DNA of 64,000 bases from Mycobacteriales bacterium. GTDB taxonomy: Bacteria > Actinomycetota > Actinomycetes > JAFAQI01 > DASSKL01. Shown here in pieces: positions 29,560 through 39,039 of this stretch. Every line of letters starts with the position of its first letter. Position 1 is the stretch's first letter. The translations under genes were made by a program, and so were the position numbers. The DNA lies in contig DASSKL010000080.1 of assembly GCA_035690485.1 (NCBI GenBank), forward strand, positions 67,797-131,796, read 5' to 3'. The notes beneath the pieces are model-generated. The model was not told the origin of the DNA. It made no database searches and saw nothing but the letters and a program-made list of their open reading frames with translations.

Positions 29560-30299
29560 GTGCCACCCGCGCGGAGGTGTGCGCGGTCGCCTGCGCGGAG
29601 GTGTTCCGCGGCGACGGCGAGATCCTGGTCAGCCCGATGGGCCTGCTGCCGAGCCTCGGTGCCCGGCTGGCCCGCGAGACGTTCGCGCCCGACCTGCTGC
29701 TGACCGACGGCGAGGCGACCTACGTCACCGGGACGTGGCCGATCGACGCCCCCCCGCCGGCCACGGCCGAGGGCTGGATCCCCTACCGCTCGATCTTCGA
29801 CCTGCTCTGGGCCGGCCGTCGGCACGTGATGATGGGCGCCAGCCAGATCGACCGCTACGGCAACCAGAACATCTCCTGCATCGGCGACCACGCCAGGCCC
29901 ACCGTGCAGCTGCTCGGCGTGCGCGGCGCGCCCGGCAACACCGTCAACCACCCGACCAGCTACTGGGTGCCGAAACACTCCCCCCGCGTCTTCGTGCCGC
30001 AGGTCGACATGGTCTCCGGCGTGGGCTACGACCGCGCGACGGGAGAGGCGGCCCGCTTCCACTGCATCCGCCGCGTCGTCACCGACCTGGCGGTGCTGGA
30101 CTTCGGCGGCCCGAGCGGGACGATGCGGCTCGTGTCCACCCATCCCGGCGTCGGCGTCGACGAGGTGCAGGCCGCCACCGGCTTCGACCTGGTCACCGAC
30201 GGCGCCACCGAGACACGGCTGCCCACCGGCGAGGAGCTGCACCTGATCCGCGAGGTGCTCGACCCCCGAAGCCTGCGCAGCCGCGAGGTGCCCGACTGA
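29556..30299 (+). CDS. ipdB: CoA-transferase-like beta subunit
   Basis: Translationally coupled to ipdA (ATGA). The protein has the CoA-transferase B-subunit fold. Confidence 0.88.
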   Translation: MSATRAEVCAVACAEVFRGDGEILVSPMGLLPSLGARLARETFAPDLLLTDGEATYVTGTWPIDAPPPATAEGWIPYRSIFDLLWAGRRHVMMGASQIDRYGNQNISCIGDHARPTVQLLGVRGAPGNTVNHPTSYWVPKHSPRVFVPQVDMVSGVGYDRATGEAARFHCIRRVVTDLAVLDFGGPSGTMRLVSTHPGVGVDEVQAATGFDLVTDGATETRLPTGEELHLIREVLDPRSLRSREVPD

Positions 30300-31354
30300 T
30301 GCACCCCGCCCTGCAAACGCGAGCGTGCGAGCTGTTCGGCGTACGCCGCCCGGTCGTGCAGACCGGCATGGGCTGGGTGTCCGGTGCGCGGCTGACGTCG
30401 GCCACCGCCAACGCCGGCGGGCTCGGCATCCTCGCCTCCGCGACGATGACGTACGACGAGCTCGCCAGGGCCATCGCCGAGGTGAAGTCGCGCACGTCGG
30501 AGCCGTTCGGCGTCAACCTGCGCGCCGACGCGGCCGACGTCGTGCAGCGCATCGACCTGATGGCGCGAGAGGGCGTGCGGGTCGCGTCGTTCGCGCTGGC
30601 GCCGAAGCAGGATCTGATCGCGCGCTGCAAGGACCACGGCATGGTCGTGATGCCGTCGATCGGTGCGCGCCGGCACGCCGAGAAGGTTGCCGGCTGGGGC
30701 GCCGACGCGGTCATCGTGCAGGGCGGCGAAGGTGGCGGGCACACCGGCCAGGTGCCGACGACCGTGCTGCTGCCGCAGGTGGTCGATGCGGTCGACATCC
30801 CGGTCATCGCCGCCGGCGGGTTCTTCGACGGCCGCGGCCTGGTGGCCGCGCTGGCCTACGGCGCCGCGGGGATCGCGATGGGCACGCGGTTCCTGCTAAC
30901 CAGCGACAGTGCGGTCAGCGACGTGGTGAAGCAGGTCTACCTGGGCAAGGGCGTGACCGACACCGTGGTGACGCGCGAGGTCGACGGCATGCCGCACCGG
31001 GTGCTGCGCACGCCGCTGGTCGACGCGCTGGAGCGCCGCCGCGCAACCGGCCGGCTGGCGCGCTCGGCGCGCTCGGCGGTGTCGTTCCAGCGGATGTCCG
31101 GCATCCCGTGGCGGCAGATGGTGTCGGAGGGGCTGGCGATGAAGCGCAGCGGCGAGCTGTCGTGGAGCCAGACGCTGATGGCCGCCAACACGCCGATGCT
31201 GCTCAAGGCCGCGATGGTCGACGGCCGGCCCGACCTGGGCGTCATGGCCTCCGGCCAGGTCGTCGGGCTGCTGGACGACCTGCCGTCGTGCGCCGAGCTG
31301 CTCGACCGGATCGAGCGGGAGGCGACCGAGGTGCTGGAGTGGTTCTGTGCCTGA
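30299..31354 (+). CDS. ipdC: NAD(P)H-dependent flavin oxidoreductase (nitronate monooxygenase family)
   Basis: TGATG overlap with ipdB. The FMN TIM-barrel sequence …GMGWVSGARL…GGEGGGHTG… is present. Confidence 0.85.
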   Translation: MHPALQTRACELFGVRRPVVQTGMGWVSGARLTSATANAGGLGILASATMTYDELARAIAEVKSRTSEPFGVNLRADAADVVQRIDLMAREGVRVASFALAPKQDLIARCKDHGMVVMPSIGARRHAEKVAGWGADAVIVQGGEGGGHTGQVPTTVLLPQVVDAVDIPVIAAGGFFDGRGLVAALAYGAAGIAMGTRFLLTSDSAVSDVVKQVYLGKGVTDTVVTREVDGMPHRVLRTPLVDALERRRATGRLARSARSAVSFQRMSGIPWRQMVSEGLAMKRSGELSWSQTLMAANTPMLLKAAMVDGRPDLGVMASGQVVGLLDDLPSCAELLDRIEREATEVLEWFCA

Positions 31355-32132
31355 TCTTCAGATTCCCGAGCCGGTCCCCGCGCACGGGCTGCTCGCCGGC
31401 AAGACCGTGCTCGTCACCGCGGCCGCCGGCACCGGCATCGGCTTCGCCACCGCGAGGCGCTGCGTCGAGGAGGGCGCGACCGTCGCCATCTCCGACCGGC
31501 ACGAGCGGCGGCTGCAGGAGGCGGCCGATGCTCTCGCCGAGCTGGCCGGCGAGCGCCCGCTCGCGATCCCCTGCGACGTGACCCAGGAGCCCGAGGTGCA
31601 GCGGATGTTCCACACCGCGCTGTCGCACCACGGGCACCTCGACGTGCTCGTCAACAACGCCGGCCTCGGCGGCACCGCGCTGCTGACCGAGATGACCGAC
31701 GAGCAGTGGCAGCAGGTGCTCGACGTGACGCTGACCGGCACGTTCCGCTGCACCCGTGCGGCGCTCAAGCACATGACGACCCGTGGCGCCGGCGTCATCG
31801 TCAACAACGCCTCGGTGATCGGCTGGCGCGCGCAGGAGGGGCAGGGGCACTACGCCGCGGCCAAGGCCGGCGTCATGGCGTTGACCCGGGTCGCAGGCGT
31901 GGAGGGCGCCAGGCACGGCGTACGCGTCAACGCCGTCGCGCCGAGCCTCGCGATGCACCCGTTCCTGGCCAAGGTGACCACGGAGGACCTGCTCGAGGAG
32001 CTGACCGCACGCGAGGCGTTCGGGCGGGCCGCCGAGCCGTGGGAGGTCGCCAATGTCATCGTCTTCCTCGCCAGCGACTACTCGTCGTACATGACCGGCG
32101 AGGTCGTGTCGGTCAGCAGCCAGCACCCGTAG
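31347..32132 (+). CDS. SDR family oxidoreductase
   Basis: VTAAAGTGIG motif and YAAAKAG catalytic motif. The GTG start overlaps the ipdC end by 8 nt. Confidence 0.8.
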   Translation: MPDLQIPEPVPAHGLLAGKTVLVTAAAGTGIGFATARRCVEEGATVAISDRHERRLQEAADALAELAGERPLAIPCDVTQEPEVQRMFHTALSHHGHLDVLVNNAGLGGTALLTEMTDEQWQQVLDVTLTGTFRCTRAALKHMTTRGAGVIVNNASVIGWRAQEGQGHYAAAKAGVMALTRVAGVEGARHGVRVNAVAPSLAMHPFLAKVTTEDLLEELTAREAFGRAAEPWEVANVIVFLASDYSSYMTGEVVSVSSQHP

Positions 32133-32144
32133 TCAGGAGCCGCG

Positions 32145-32888
32145 ATGCCCCCGGTGTCCTCGAGAGTCCACGACAACGGCGTGGCCGAGGTCGTCGTCGA
32201 CCACCCGCCGGTCAACGCGTTGCCGGTCGCCGGCTGGTTCGCACTCGCCGACGCCGTCCGCGCCGCCGGCCAGGATCCCGGCGTTCGCGCCGTCGTGCTG
32301 CGCGCCGAGGGGCGAGGCTTCAACGCCGGCGTCGACATCAAGGAGTTCCAGCGCGACAGCGGCTTCACCGCGCTGGTCGGCGCCAACCGCGGCTGCTTCG
32401 CCGCCTTCGCCGCGGTCTACGAGTGCGCGGTGCCGGTGATCGCGGCGGTGCACGGCTTCTGCCTTGGTGGCGGCATCGGGCTGGTCGGCAACGCCGACGT
32501 CATCGTGGCCAGCGACGACGCGACGTTCGGGTTGCCCGAGGTCGAGCGCGGGGCGCTCGGCGCGGCGACGCACCTGTCGCGGCTGGTGCCGCAGCACAAG
32601 ATGCGAGCGATGGTCTACACCGCGGCGACCGCCACCGCGGCCGAGCTGCACGCCTTCGGATCGGTCCTGCGGGTGGTGCCGCGCGAGGCGCTGCGCGACG
32701 CCGCACTCGAGGTCGCGGGCGACATCGCCGCGAAGGACCCGACCGTCATCCGCGCAGCCAAGGAGTCGCTCAACGGCATCGATCTGCAGGACGTGCACCG
32801 CTCCTACCGCTACGAGCAGGGCTACACCTTCGAGCTCAACCTGTCGGGCGTCGCCGACAGGGTCCGCGAGTCCTTCGGCAAGCACTGA
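32145..32888 (+). CDS. echA20: Enoyl-CoA hydratase (EchA20-like, ring-D hydrolase family)
   Basis: Crotonase fold with GFNAGVDIKEF. Its position between an SDR and fadD3 in a KstR2-type cluster supports the assignment. Confidence 0.8.
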   Translation: MPPVSSRVHDNGVAEVVVDHPPVNALPVAGWFALADAVRAAGQDPGVRAVVLRAEGRGFNAGVDIKEFQRDSGFTALVGANRGCFAAFAAVYECAVPVIAAVHGFCLGGGIGLVGNADVIVASDDATFGLPEVERGALGAATHLSRLVPQHKMRAMVYTAATATAAELHAFGSVLRVVPREALRDAALEVAGDIAAKDPTVIRAAKESLNGIDLQDVHRSYRYEQGYTFELNLSGVADRVRESFGKH

Positions 32889-32894
32889 CGCCCG

Positions 32895-34439
32895 CTACGA
32901 ACGCAACAGCTTCTTGTCGACCTTGCCGGTCGCGTTGCGGGGCAGGGCGTCGACGAGCACCACCCGGCGCGGCACCTTGTAGCCGGCCAGCCGTTCCCTG
33001 CACCAGGCGATCAGCGCGTCGGGATCCGGTTGTGCGCCGGTCCGCGCTACCACGAACGCCTGGCCCACCTCGCCGAGCCGCTCGTCCGGCACGCCGACGA
33101 CGGCAGCCTCCGACACCGCCTCGTGGCGCACCAGCACCTGCTCGACCTCGGCCGGGTAGGCGTTGAAGCCGCCGACGACGTACATGTCCTTCAGCCGGTC
33201 GGTGATCCGCAGGTTGCCGCCCTCGTCGAGCACGCCGACGTCGCCGGTGTGCAGCCAGCCGTCGCTGTCGACGGCGGCAGCGGTCGCCTCGGGGTCCTCC
33301 CAGTAGCCGAGCATGACGTTGTAGCCGCGGACGACGACCTCGCCCGGTTCGCCGGTGGCCACCGGCGCACCCTGCTCGTCGACGACCCGCACCTCGACGC
33401 CGTCGATCGCCCGGCCGCTCGTCAACGAGACGACCTCGTCCGGATCGCCCTGCCGGCAGCCGGTCGCGTAACCCCCGCACTCGGTCAGCCCGTAGGCCGT
33501 CAGCACCGTCTCGAACCCCAGCTCGTCGCGCATCCGGCGGATCAGCTCGGTCGGCACGACCGACGCCCCGGTGACCGCGAGGCGCACCGACGACAGGTCG
33601 TACGCCGAGCGCTGCGGGTGCTCCAGCAGCGTGGAGTACAACGTCGGCGGGCCGGGCACGACCGTGACCTTCTCGCGCTGGACGAGATCCATGGTCGCGG
33701 GCACGTCGAACACCTGCACCGGCAGCAGCGTCGCCCGCTGCACCAGGCAGGCGAGCATCCCGGCCTTGTAACCGAACGTGTGGAAGAACGGCGCGACCAC
33801 CAGCATCCGGTCGCCGCGACGCAGCCCGACCGTCTGCGCCCACGTGCTGAACAGCCGCACGCCCTGCTCGTGGGTGACCATCACGCCCTTGGGCCGGCCG
33901 GTGGTGCCCGACGTGAAGATGAGGTCCGAGACGGCGTCCGGCGCCACCCCGTCGGCCGCCTTCCCGGCGTCGGCCTCGTCGACGGTGTTCGCGCGATCGA
34001 GGAACCGGGCCCAGCCGTCGTCGCCCTCGCCGTCTAAGCGCACGACGGTCTCCAGCGCCGGCAGCGGCTCGGCGGTCGCGAGCATCGCCAACCGGTTGCC
34101 GTCGAGGAACCCGTCGTCGACGACCAGCAGCCGCGCGCCGGTCGCAGCCAGGACGTGCTGCGCCTCCTCGCCCTTGAAGCGGGTGTTGACCGGCACCAGC
34201 ACGGCCCCGACCGACACCAGCCCCAGGGCGGCGATCACCCAGCGGTCGCTGTTCGGCGCCCAGATGGCGACCCGGTCGCCGGGCCGGATGGCGGTGGCGA
34301 GGAACGCGCGGGCACAGCGGCGTACGTGCTCCTGCAGCTGCGCGAACGTCAGGCGCGCGTCGCCGAAGACCAGCGCCTCGTCGTCGGGCACCTCCGCCGC
34401 CGCGGCAGCCAGGACGGCAGGGAAAGTCAGGGCAGGCAC
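32895..34439 (-). CDS. fadD3: Acyl-CoA synthetase (HIP-CoA ligase FadD3-like)
   Basis: AMP-binding motifs TSGTTGRPKG and GYGLTE are present. It is divergent from kstR2 with the shared operator. The GTG start was inferred. Confidence 0.85.
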   Translation of the reverse strand: MPALTFPAVLAAAAAEVPDDEALVFGDARLTFAQLQEHVRRCARAFLATAIRPGDRVAIWAPNSDRWVIAALGLVSVGAVLVPVNTRFKGEEAQHVLAATGARLLVVDDGFLDGNRLAMLATAEPLPALETVVRLDGEGDDGWARFLDRANTVDEADAGKAADGVAPDAVSDLIFTSGTTGRPKGVMVTHEQGVRLFSTWAQTVGLRRGDRMLVVAPFFHTFGYKAGMLACLVQRATLLPVQVFDVPATMDLVQREKVTVVPGPPTLYSTLLEHPQRSAYDLSSVRLAVTGASVVPTELIRRMRDELGFETVLTAYGLTECGGYATGCRQGDPDEVVSLTSGRAIDGVEVRVVDEQGAPVATGEPGEVVVRGYNVMLGYWEDPEATAAAVDSDGWLHTGDVGVLDEGGNLRITDRLKDMYVVGGFNAYPAEVEQVLVRHEAVSEAAVVGVPDERLGEVGQAFVVARTGAQPDPDALIAWCRERLAGYKVPRRVVLVDALPRNATGKVDKKLLRS

Positions 34440-34458
34440 AGGCGGACTCCGACGATGT

Positions 34459-34472
34459 AGCAAGCGCTTGGT
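34459..34472. promoter_or_regulatory. KstR2 operator AGCAAGCGCTTGGT in the fadD3-kstR2 intergenic region
   Basis: Perfect match to the KstR2 palindromic consensus AnCAAGnnCTTGnT. Confidence 0.6.
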
Positions 34473-34535
34473 AGGACAGTATGATCGGCCGGTAGCACCG
34501 TCAACGTCACCGCACGCTCGGCCCAGGGAGGTCGC

Positions 34536-35132
34536 GTGGCCCGGCCGCAGGACCGTCGCGAGGTGATTCTCCGCGAGGCCGCCGAGCTCTTCGCCCGGCA
34601 AGGTGTGGCCGCGACCACGGTGCGCGAGATCGCCGACGCCGCAGGGATCCTTTCGGGCAGCCTCTACCACCACTTCACCTCCAAGGACGAGATCGTGGAG
34701 GCGGTGCTGGCGACGTTCCTGCAGGAGCTGCGGGAGCGCTACGACGAGGTGGTGGCGGGCACCGGCGAGGCCACCGAGAAGCTGCGCGGGCTCGTCGACG
34801 TGAGCCTCGAGATGATCGCGAAGCATCCGCGAGCGACGGAGATCTACCAGAGCGACGCGCACCGGTTGCGGGCCAGCGACGGTTTCGTCGAGGAGTCGAC
34901 GAGGGCCGTGCGTGCCGCCTGGGTGTCCGTGCTCGAGGAGGGCGTGCGTAGCGGTGCCTTCCGCGCCGACGTGCCGGTGAAGGTCCTCTACCCGCTGCTG
35001 CGCGACGGGCTCTGGCTGACCGCGCGATGGTTCCGGCCGACCCGCGCCTACGGGCACGCGCAGCTGGCCGACGACTACTGGCGCGTCTACGCCGGCGGGC
35101 TCGTGCGCAAGGAAGCCGCGTCGTGGACCTGA
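34536..35132 (+). CDS. kstR2: TetR family repressor KstR2
   Basis: GTG after GGGAGG. The sequence …RQGVAATTVREIADAAGILSGSLYHHFTSKDEIVE… is near-identical to the mycobacterial KstR2 HTH region. Confidence 0.85.
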   Translation: MARPQDRREVILREAAELFARQGVAATTVREIADAAGILSGSLYHHFTSKDEIVEAVLATFLQELRERYDEVVAGTGEATEKLRGLVDVSLEMIAKHPRATEIYQSDAHRLRASDGFVEESTRAVRAAWVSVLEEGVRSGAFRADVPVKVLYPLLRDGLWLTARWFRPTRAYGHAQLADDYWRVYAGGLVRKEAASWT

Positions 35133-36271
35133 CCGAATCCCCGCAGGAGCAGGCCTTTCGTGCCGAGGCGCGCGACTGGCTCGCCGACCACGTGCCCCGC
35201 GAGCCGCTCCCGTCGGGCGACACCCGTGAGGGCTTCACGCTGCACGTCGAGTGGGAGAAGACGCTGCACGCGGCCCGCTGGTCGGTGGTGTCGTGGCCGG
35301 CGGCCTACGGCGGGCGCGACGCCTCGGTCTGGGAGTGGCTGGCGTTCGAGGAGGAGTACTACCGGGCCGGCGCGCCGCAGCGCGTCACGCAGAACGGCAT
35401 CTTCCTGCTGGCGCCGACGCTGTTCGCGTTCGGCACGCAGGAGCAGCAGGACACGCTGCTGCCACGGATGGCCGCAGCCGACGACCTGTGGTGCCAGGGC
35501 TGGTCCGAGCCCGGCGCCGGCAGCGACCTGGCGTCGCTGACCAGCCGGGCCGAGCGCGACGAGTCCCGTGGTGGCTGGCGCCTGTTCGGGCAGAAGACGT
35601 GGACGACGCGCGGCGCGTTCTGCACGCACCTGTTCGGCCTGTTCCGCAGCGACCCGGCGTCGCAGCGTCACCGCGGGCTCACCTACTTCCTCGTGCCGCT
35701 CGACGCGCCCGGCGTGACCGTGCGGGGGTTCAGCCGGCTCGACGGCGACGAGGGCTTCGCCGAGGTCTGGTTCGACGACGTGTTCGTGCCCGACTCGGCC
35801 GTGCTCGGCGGCGTCGGCGCCGGCTGGCGGGTCGCGATGGCGACCACCGGGTCCGAACGCGGGCTGACGCTGCGCTCCCCCGGCCGCTTCACCGCCGCGG
35901 TCGACCGGCTGGTCGCACTGGCGCGGCAGCATCCCGAAGCCCTGACGGGGTCGCTGCGCGAGCGCATCACCCAAGCCTGGATCGACGCCGAGGCCTACCG
36001 GCTGTTCACCCTGCAGCAGGTCACCAACAGCGTCTCCGGCCGCGAGCGTGTCGGGGAGTCGTCGCTCAACAAGCTGTTCTGGAGCGAGCTCGACGTGCGG
36101 ATCCAGTCGGCGGCGCTCGACCTGCTCGGACCCGTGGCCGAGGTGGACGGGCCGTGGGCCCGCGGGTTCCTCTTCTCGCTGGCCGGCCCCATCTACGCGG
36201 GCACCAACGAGGTGCAGCGCAACATCGTCGCCGAGCGGCTGCTCGGCCTGCCGCGGGCGGCGCGGGGCTGA
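35123..36271 (+). CDS. Acyl-CoA dehydrogenase family protein
   Basis: The GTG start overlaps the kstR2 stop by 10 nt. The ACAD fold reads …GWSEPGAGSDLASL…. Confidence 0.88.
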   Translation: MDLTESPQEQAFRAEARDWLADHVPREPLPSGDTREGFTLHVEWEKTLHAARWSVVSWPAAYGGRDASVWEWLAFEEEYYRAGAPQRVTQNGIFLLAPTLFAFGTQEQQDTLLPRMAAADDLWCQGWSEPGAGSDLASLTSRAERDESRGGWRLFGQKTWTTRGAFCTHLFGLFRSDPASQRHRGLTYFLVPLDAPGVTVRGFSRLDGDEGFAEVWFDDVFVPDSAVLGGVGAGWRVAMATTGSERGLTLRSPGRFTAAVDRLVALARQHPEALTGSLRERITQAWIDAEAYRLFTLQQVTNSVSGRERVGESSLNKLFWSELDVRIQSAALDLLGPVAEVDGPWARGFLFSLAGPIYAGTNEVQRNIVAERLLGLPRAARG

Positions 36272-37311
36272 TGTTCTTCGGGCTGTCCGACGACGCGCGC
36301 TCGCTGGCCGCCGGCGTGCACGACCTGCTCACCGACGCCTGCCCGCCCGACGTGGTCCGGGCGGCCTGGCCCGGCGGCGACCCGTCGGCGGTCGACAAGC
36401 TGTGGGCGGCGCTCGGCGACCTCGGGCTCTTCGGCCTGCTGGTGCCCGAGTCGACCGGCGGGCTCGGTCTCGACGACCTCGTGACCGTCGCGGCACTGCA
36501 GCAGTGCGGCTACGCCGGAGTGCCCGGGCCTCTCGTCGAGACCGTTGCGGTAGCAGCGCCCCTGCTGTCTGCCGGAGACGCGCTGCCCGCCGGCCTGCTC
36601 GAGGGCAGTGTCCGCGTCGCCGTGCAGCGCGACGCCAGGGATGCGAACGGCACCGGACCGCTCGTGCCCTACGCCGCGGCGAGCACGCACGTGCTGCAGC
36701 TACCCGGCCCGCAACCGGCGGGCTCTCGGCCCCGACTACTTCCCGTCGACGACCTGTCGGTGACACCGGTAGCCACGACCGACGGCTCCCGCGCCGCGGC
36801 CCGCATCACTGCCGCAGAGACCGGCACCGGTTTGGCCCTCGACGTCGGGCCGGCCGATGTCGCGTCGGCCCGGCACCGTGGGGTGCTGGGCACGGCGGCG
36901 TACCTCGTCGGGTTGTCGCGCCGGATGCTCGACCTGACGGTGAGCTACGTCAGCAACCGCACGCAGTTCGGCGTGGCCATCGGCAGCTTTCAGGCGGTGC
37001 AGCACCCGCTGGCCGATGCGCTGGTGGCCGTCGAGTTCGCCGAGCCTGTTGTGCTGCGGGCCGCGCAGTCGCTGGTCGACGACGACCCCGCCACCGGCAT
37101 TCACGTCGCGATGGCCAAAGCCCTCGCGTCGGATGCCGCGACGCAGGCCACTCGGGCGACGTTGCAGGCGCACGGCGCGATGGGCTACACCGTCGAGTAC
37201 GACCTGCACCTGTTCGCCAAGCGCGCCTGGGCGCTGGCTGCCGACTGGGGCAGCGCCGCCGAGCACCGTGCCACGATCACCCGCACCCTGCTACCCGAGG
37301 AGACACCGTGA
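36271..37311 (+). CDS. Acyl-CoA dehydrogenase family protein (partner subunit)
   Basis: ATG overlaps the upstream stop (TGATG). The ACAD middle and C-terminal domains are present. Confidence 0.85.
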   Translation: MFFGLSDDARSLAAGVHDLLTDACPPDVVRAAWPGGDPSAVDKLWAALGDLGLFGLLVPESTGGLGLDDLVTVAALQQCGYAGVPGPLVETVAVAAPLLSAGDALPAGLLEGSVRVAVQRDARDANGTGPLVPYAAASTHVLQLPGPQPAGSRPRLLPVDDLSVTPVATTDGSRAAARITAAETGTGLALDVGPADVASARHRGVLGTAAYLVGLSRRMLDLTVSYVSNRTQFGVAIGSFQAVQHPLADALVAVEFAEPVVLRAAQSLVDDDPATGIHVAMAKALASDAATQATRATLQAHGAMGYTVEYDLHLFAKRAWALAADWGSAAEHRATITRTLLPEETP

Positions 37312-38183
37312 CCGCAGAAGCGACGGCACCGGTCCAGGCGAGCAGCCCCGACTCGCCGGTGCGCTACGAACGCCGCGGCGCGGTCGCGGTCGTCACCATG
37401 GACCGCCCGGAGTTCCGCAACGCGCAGAACAGCAAGATGACCTACGCGCTCGACCGGGCGTTCTACCGCGCGGCCGAGGACGACGAGGTCAAGGTCGTGG
37501 TGCTCGCCGGTGAGGGCAAGCACTTTTCCGCCGGGCACGACATCGGCACGCCCGGCCGCGACGCCGACGAGACGTTCGAGCGCAAGGCCGGGCTGTGGTG
37601 GGACCACGTCGGCAAGGACGGCGCGGCGTCGCGCTACGCCCGCGAGTCCGAGGTCTACCTGGGCATGTGCCGGCGCTGGCGCGACCTGCCGAAACCGACG
37701 ATCGCGATGGTGCAGGGAGCCTGCATCGCGGGCGGGCTGATGCTCGCCTGGTGCTGCGACCTCGTCATCGCCTCCGACGACGCGTTCTTCGCCGACCCGG
37801 TCGTCCGCATGGGCATCCCCGGCGTCGAGTACTTCGCCCACCCATGGCAGATGCCGCCCCGGTTCGCCAAGGAGTTCCTGTTCCTCGGTGAGCGGGTCGA
37901 CGCCACCCGCGCCCGCGAGCTCGGCATGGTCAACCGGGTGGTGCCACGCGACCGACTCGAGGCCGAGACGATGGACGTCGCCGAGAAGATCGCGGCCATG
38001 CCGGCCTTCGGCCTGGCCCTCACCAAGCGCGCGGTCAACCAGTGCGAGGACCTGATGGGCATGCGCGACGGCATGGACGCGGTGTTCGCGCTGCACCACC
38101 TGGCGCACGCGCACAACGCCGAGGTCGGCGGCGACTCGCTCGGTGGCCAGGACGCGCGCAGCATGCGCGACTCGGCCCGCTGA
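37308..38183 (+). CDS. Enoyl-CoA hydratase/isomerase family protein
   Basis: GTG overlaps the upstream stop (GTGA). The crotonase motif reads VVVLAGEGKHFSAGHDI. Confidence 0.85.
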   Translation: MTAEATAPVQASSPDSPVRYERRGAVAVVTMDRPEFRNAQNSKMTYALDRAFYRAAEDDEVKVVVLAGEGKHFSAGHDIGTPGRDADETFERKAGLWWDHVGKDGAASRYARESEVYLGMCRRWRDLPKPTIAMVQGACIAGGLMLAWCCDLVIASDDAFFADPVVRMGIPGVEYFAHPWQMPPRFAKEFLFLGERVDATRARELGMVNRVVPRDRLEAETMDVAEKIAAMPAFGLALTKRAVNQCEDLMGMRDGMDAVFALHHLAHAHNAEVGGDSLGGQDARSMRDSAR

Positions 38184-38226
38184 CATCTCTCGCGGCGCTG
38201 CCGGCGCCCGGCGTACCGTCGTCGCC

Positions 38227-39015
38227 ATGACGACCTTGGACGACGCGCGTCTCGATCCCGCGCTGCTCGACCGCGTCCTGGCCGACCTCGACCGCGACGG
38301 TTATGCCGTGGTCGAGCGGCTGCTGCCGCCCGACGAGGCCGCTGCGGTGCGAGCCGGGCTGCGCGACGTGCTCGACCGCACGCCGACGGGGCGCAACGAC
38401 TTCGAGGGCTTCAGCACTCGCCGGGTCTATGCGCTGTTCGCCAAGACCCGCGCGTTCGACCCGCTCGCCGTGCACCCGCTGCTGCTCGGCGTGCTCGATC
38501 GCACGCTCGGCGGCAGCTACCAGCTCAGCGCGCCGACCGGCATCGAGATCGGCCCCGGCGAGAAGGCGCAGTTCCTGCACACCGACGACCAGATCTACCC
38601 GCTGCCGCGGCCGCACCAGGAAGTCGTCCTCAACACGATGTGGGCGCTCGACGACTTCACCGAGGACAACGGCGCGACCCGGGTCGTGCCCGGCAGCCAC
38701 CGCTGGACCGACCGGCGCCCGGTCGATCCCGACGAGACCGTGACCGTCACCATGCCGGCGGGATCGGTGCTGTTCATCCTCGGCAACCTCTGGCACGGCG
38801 GCGGCGCCAACCGCACCGATCGCCCGCGCCTCGGCGTCCTGCTGGAGTACGCCGCGGGCTGGCTGCGCCAGCAGGAGAACCACGTGCTCGCCGTACCGCC
38901 CGAGACCGTGCGCACGCTGGAGCCGCGCCTGCAGGAGCTGCTCGGCTACGGCATCCACCCGCCGTTCGTCGGTTACGTCGACGGTCGCCACCCGCGCCAC
39001 GTGCTGGAGCACTGA
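38227..39015 (+). CDS. Phytanoyl-CoA dioxygenase (PhyH) family protein
   Basis: HTDD…H 2-His-1-carboxylate motif (QFLHTDDQ … WHGGGAN). Confidence 0.8.
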   Translation: MTTLDDARLDPALLDRVLADLDRDGYAVVERLLPPDEAAAVRAGLRDVLDRTPTGRNDFEGFSTRRVYALFAKTRAFDPLAVHPLLLGVLDRTLGGSYQLSAPTGIEIGPGEKAQFLHTDDQIYPLPRPHQEVVLNTMWALDDFTEDNGATRVVPGSHRWTDRRPVDPDETVTVTMPAGSVLFILGNLWHGGGANRTDRPRLGVLLEYAAGWLRQQENHVLAVPPETVRTLEPRLQELLGYGIHPPFVGYVDGRHPRHVLEH

Positions 39016-39039
39016 GCTTCGGGCGGCGTGCGGAGTCGA

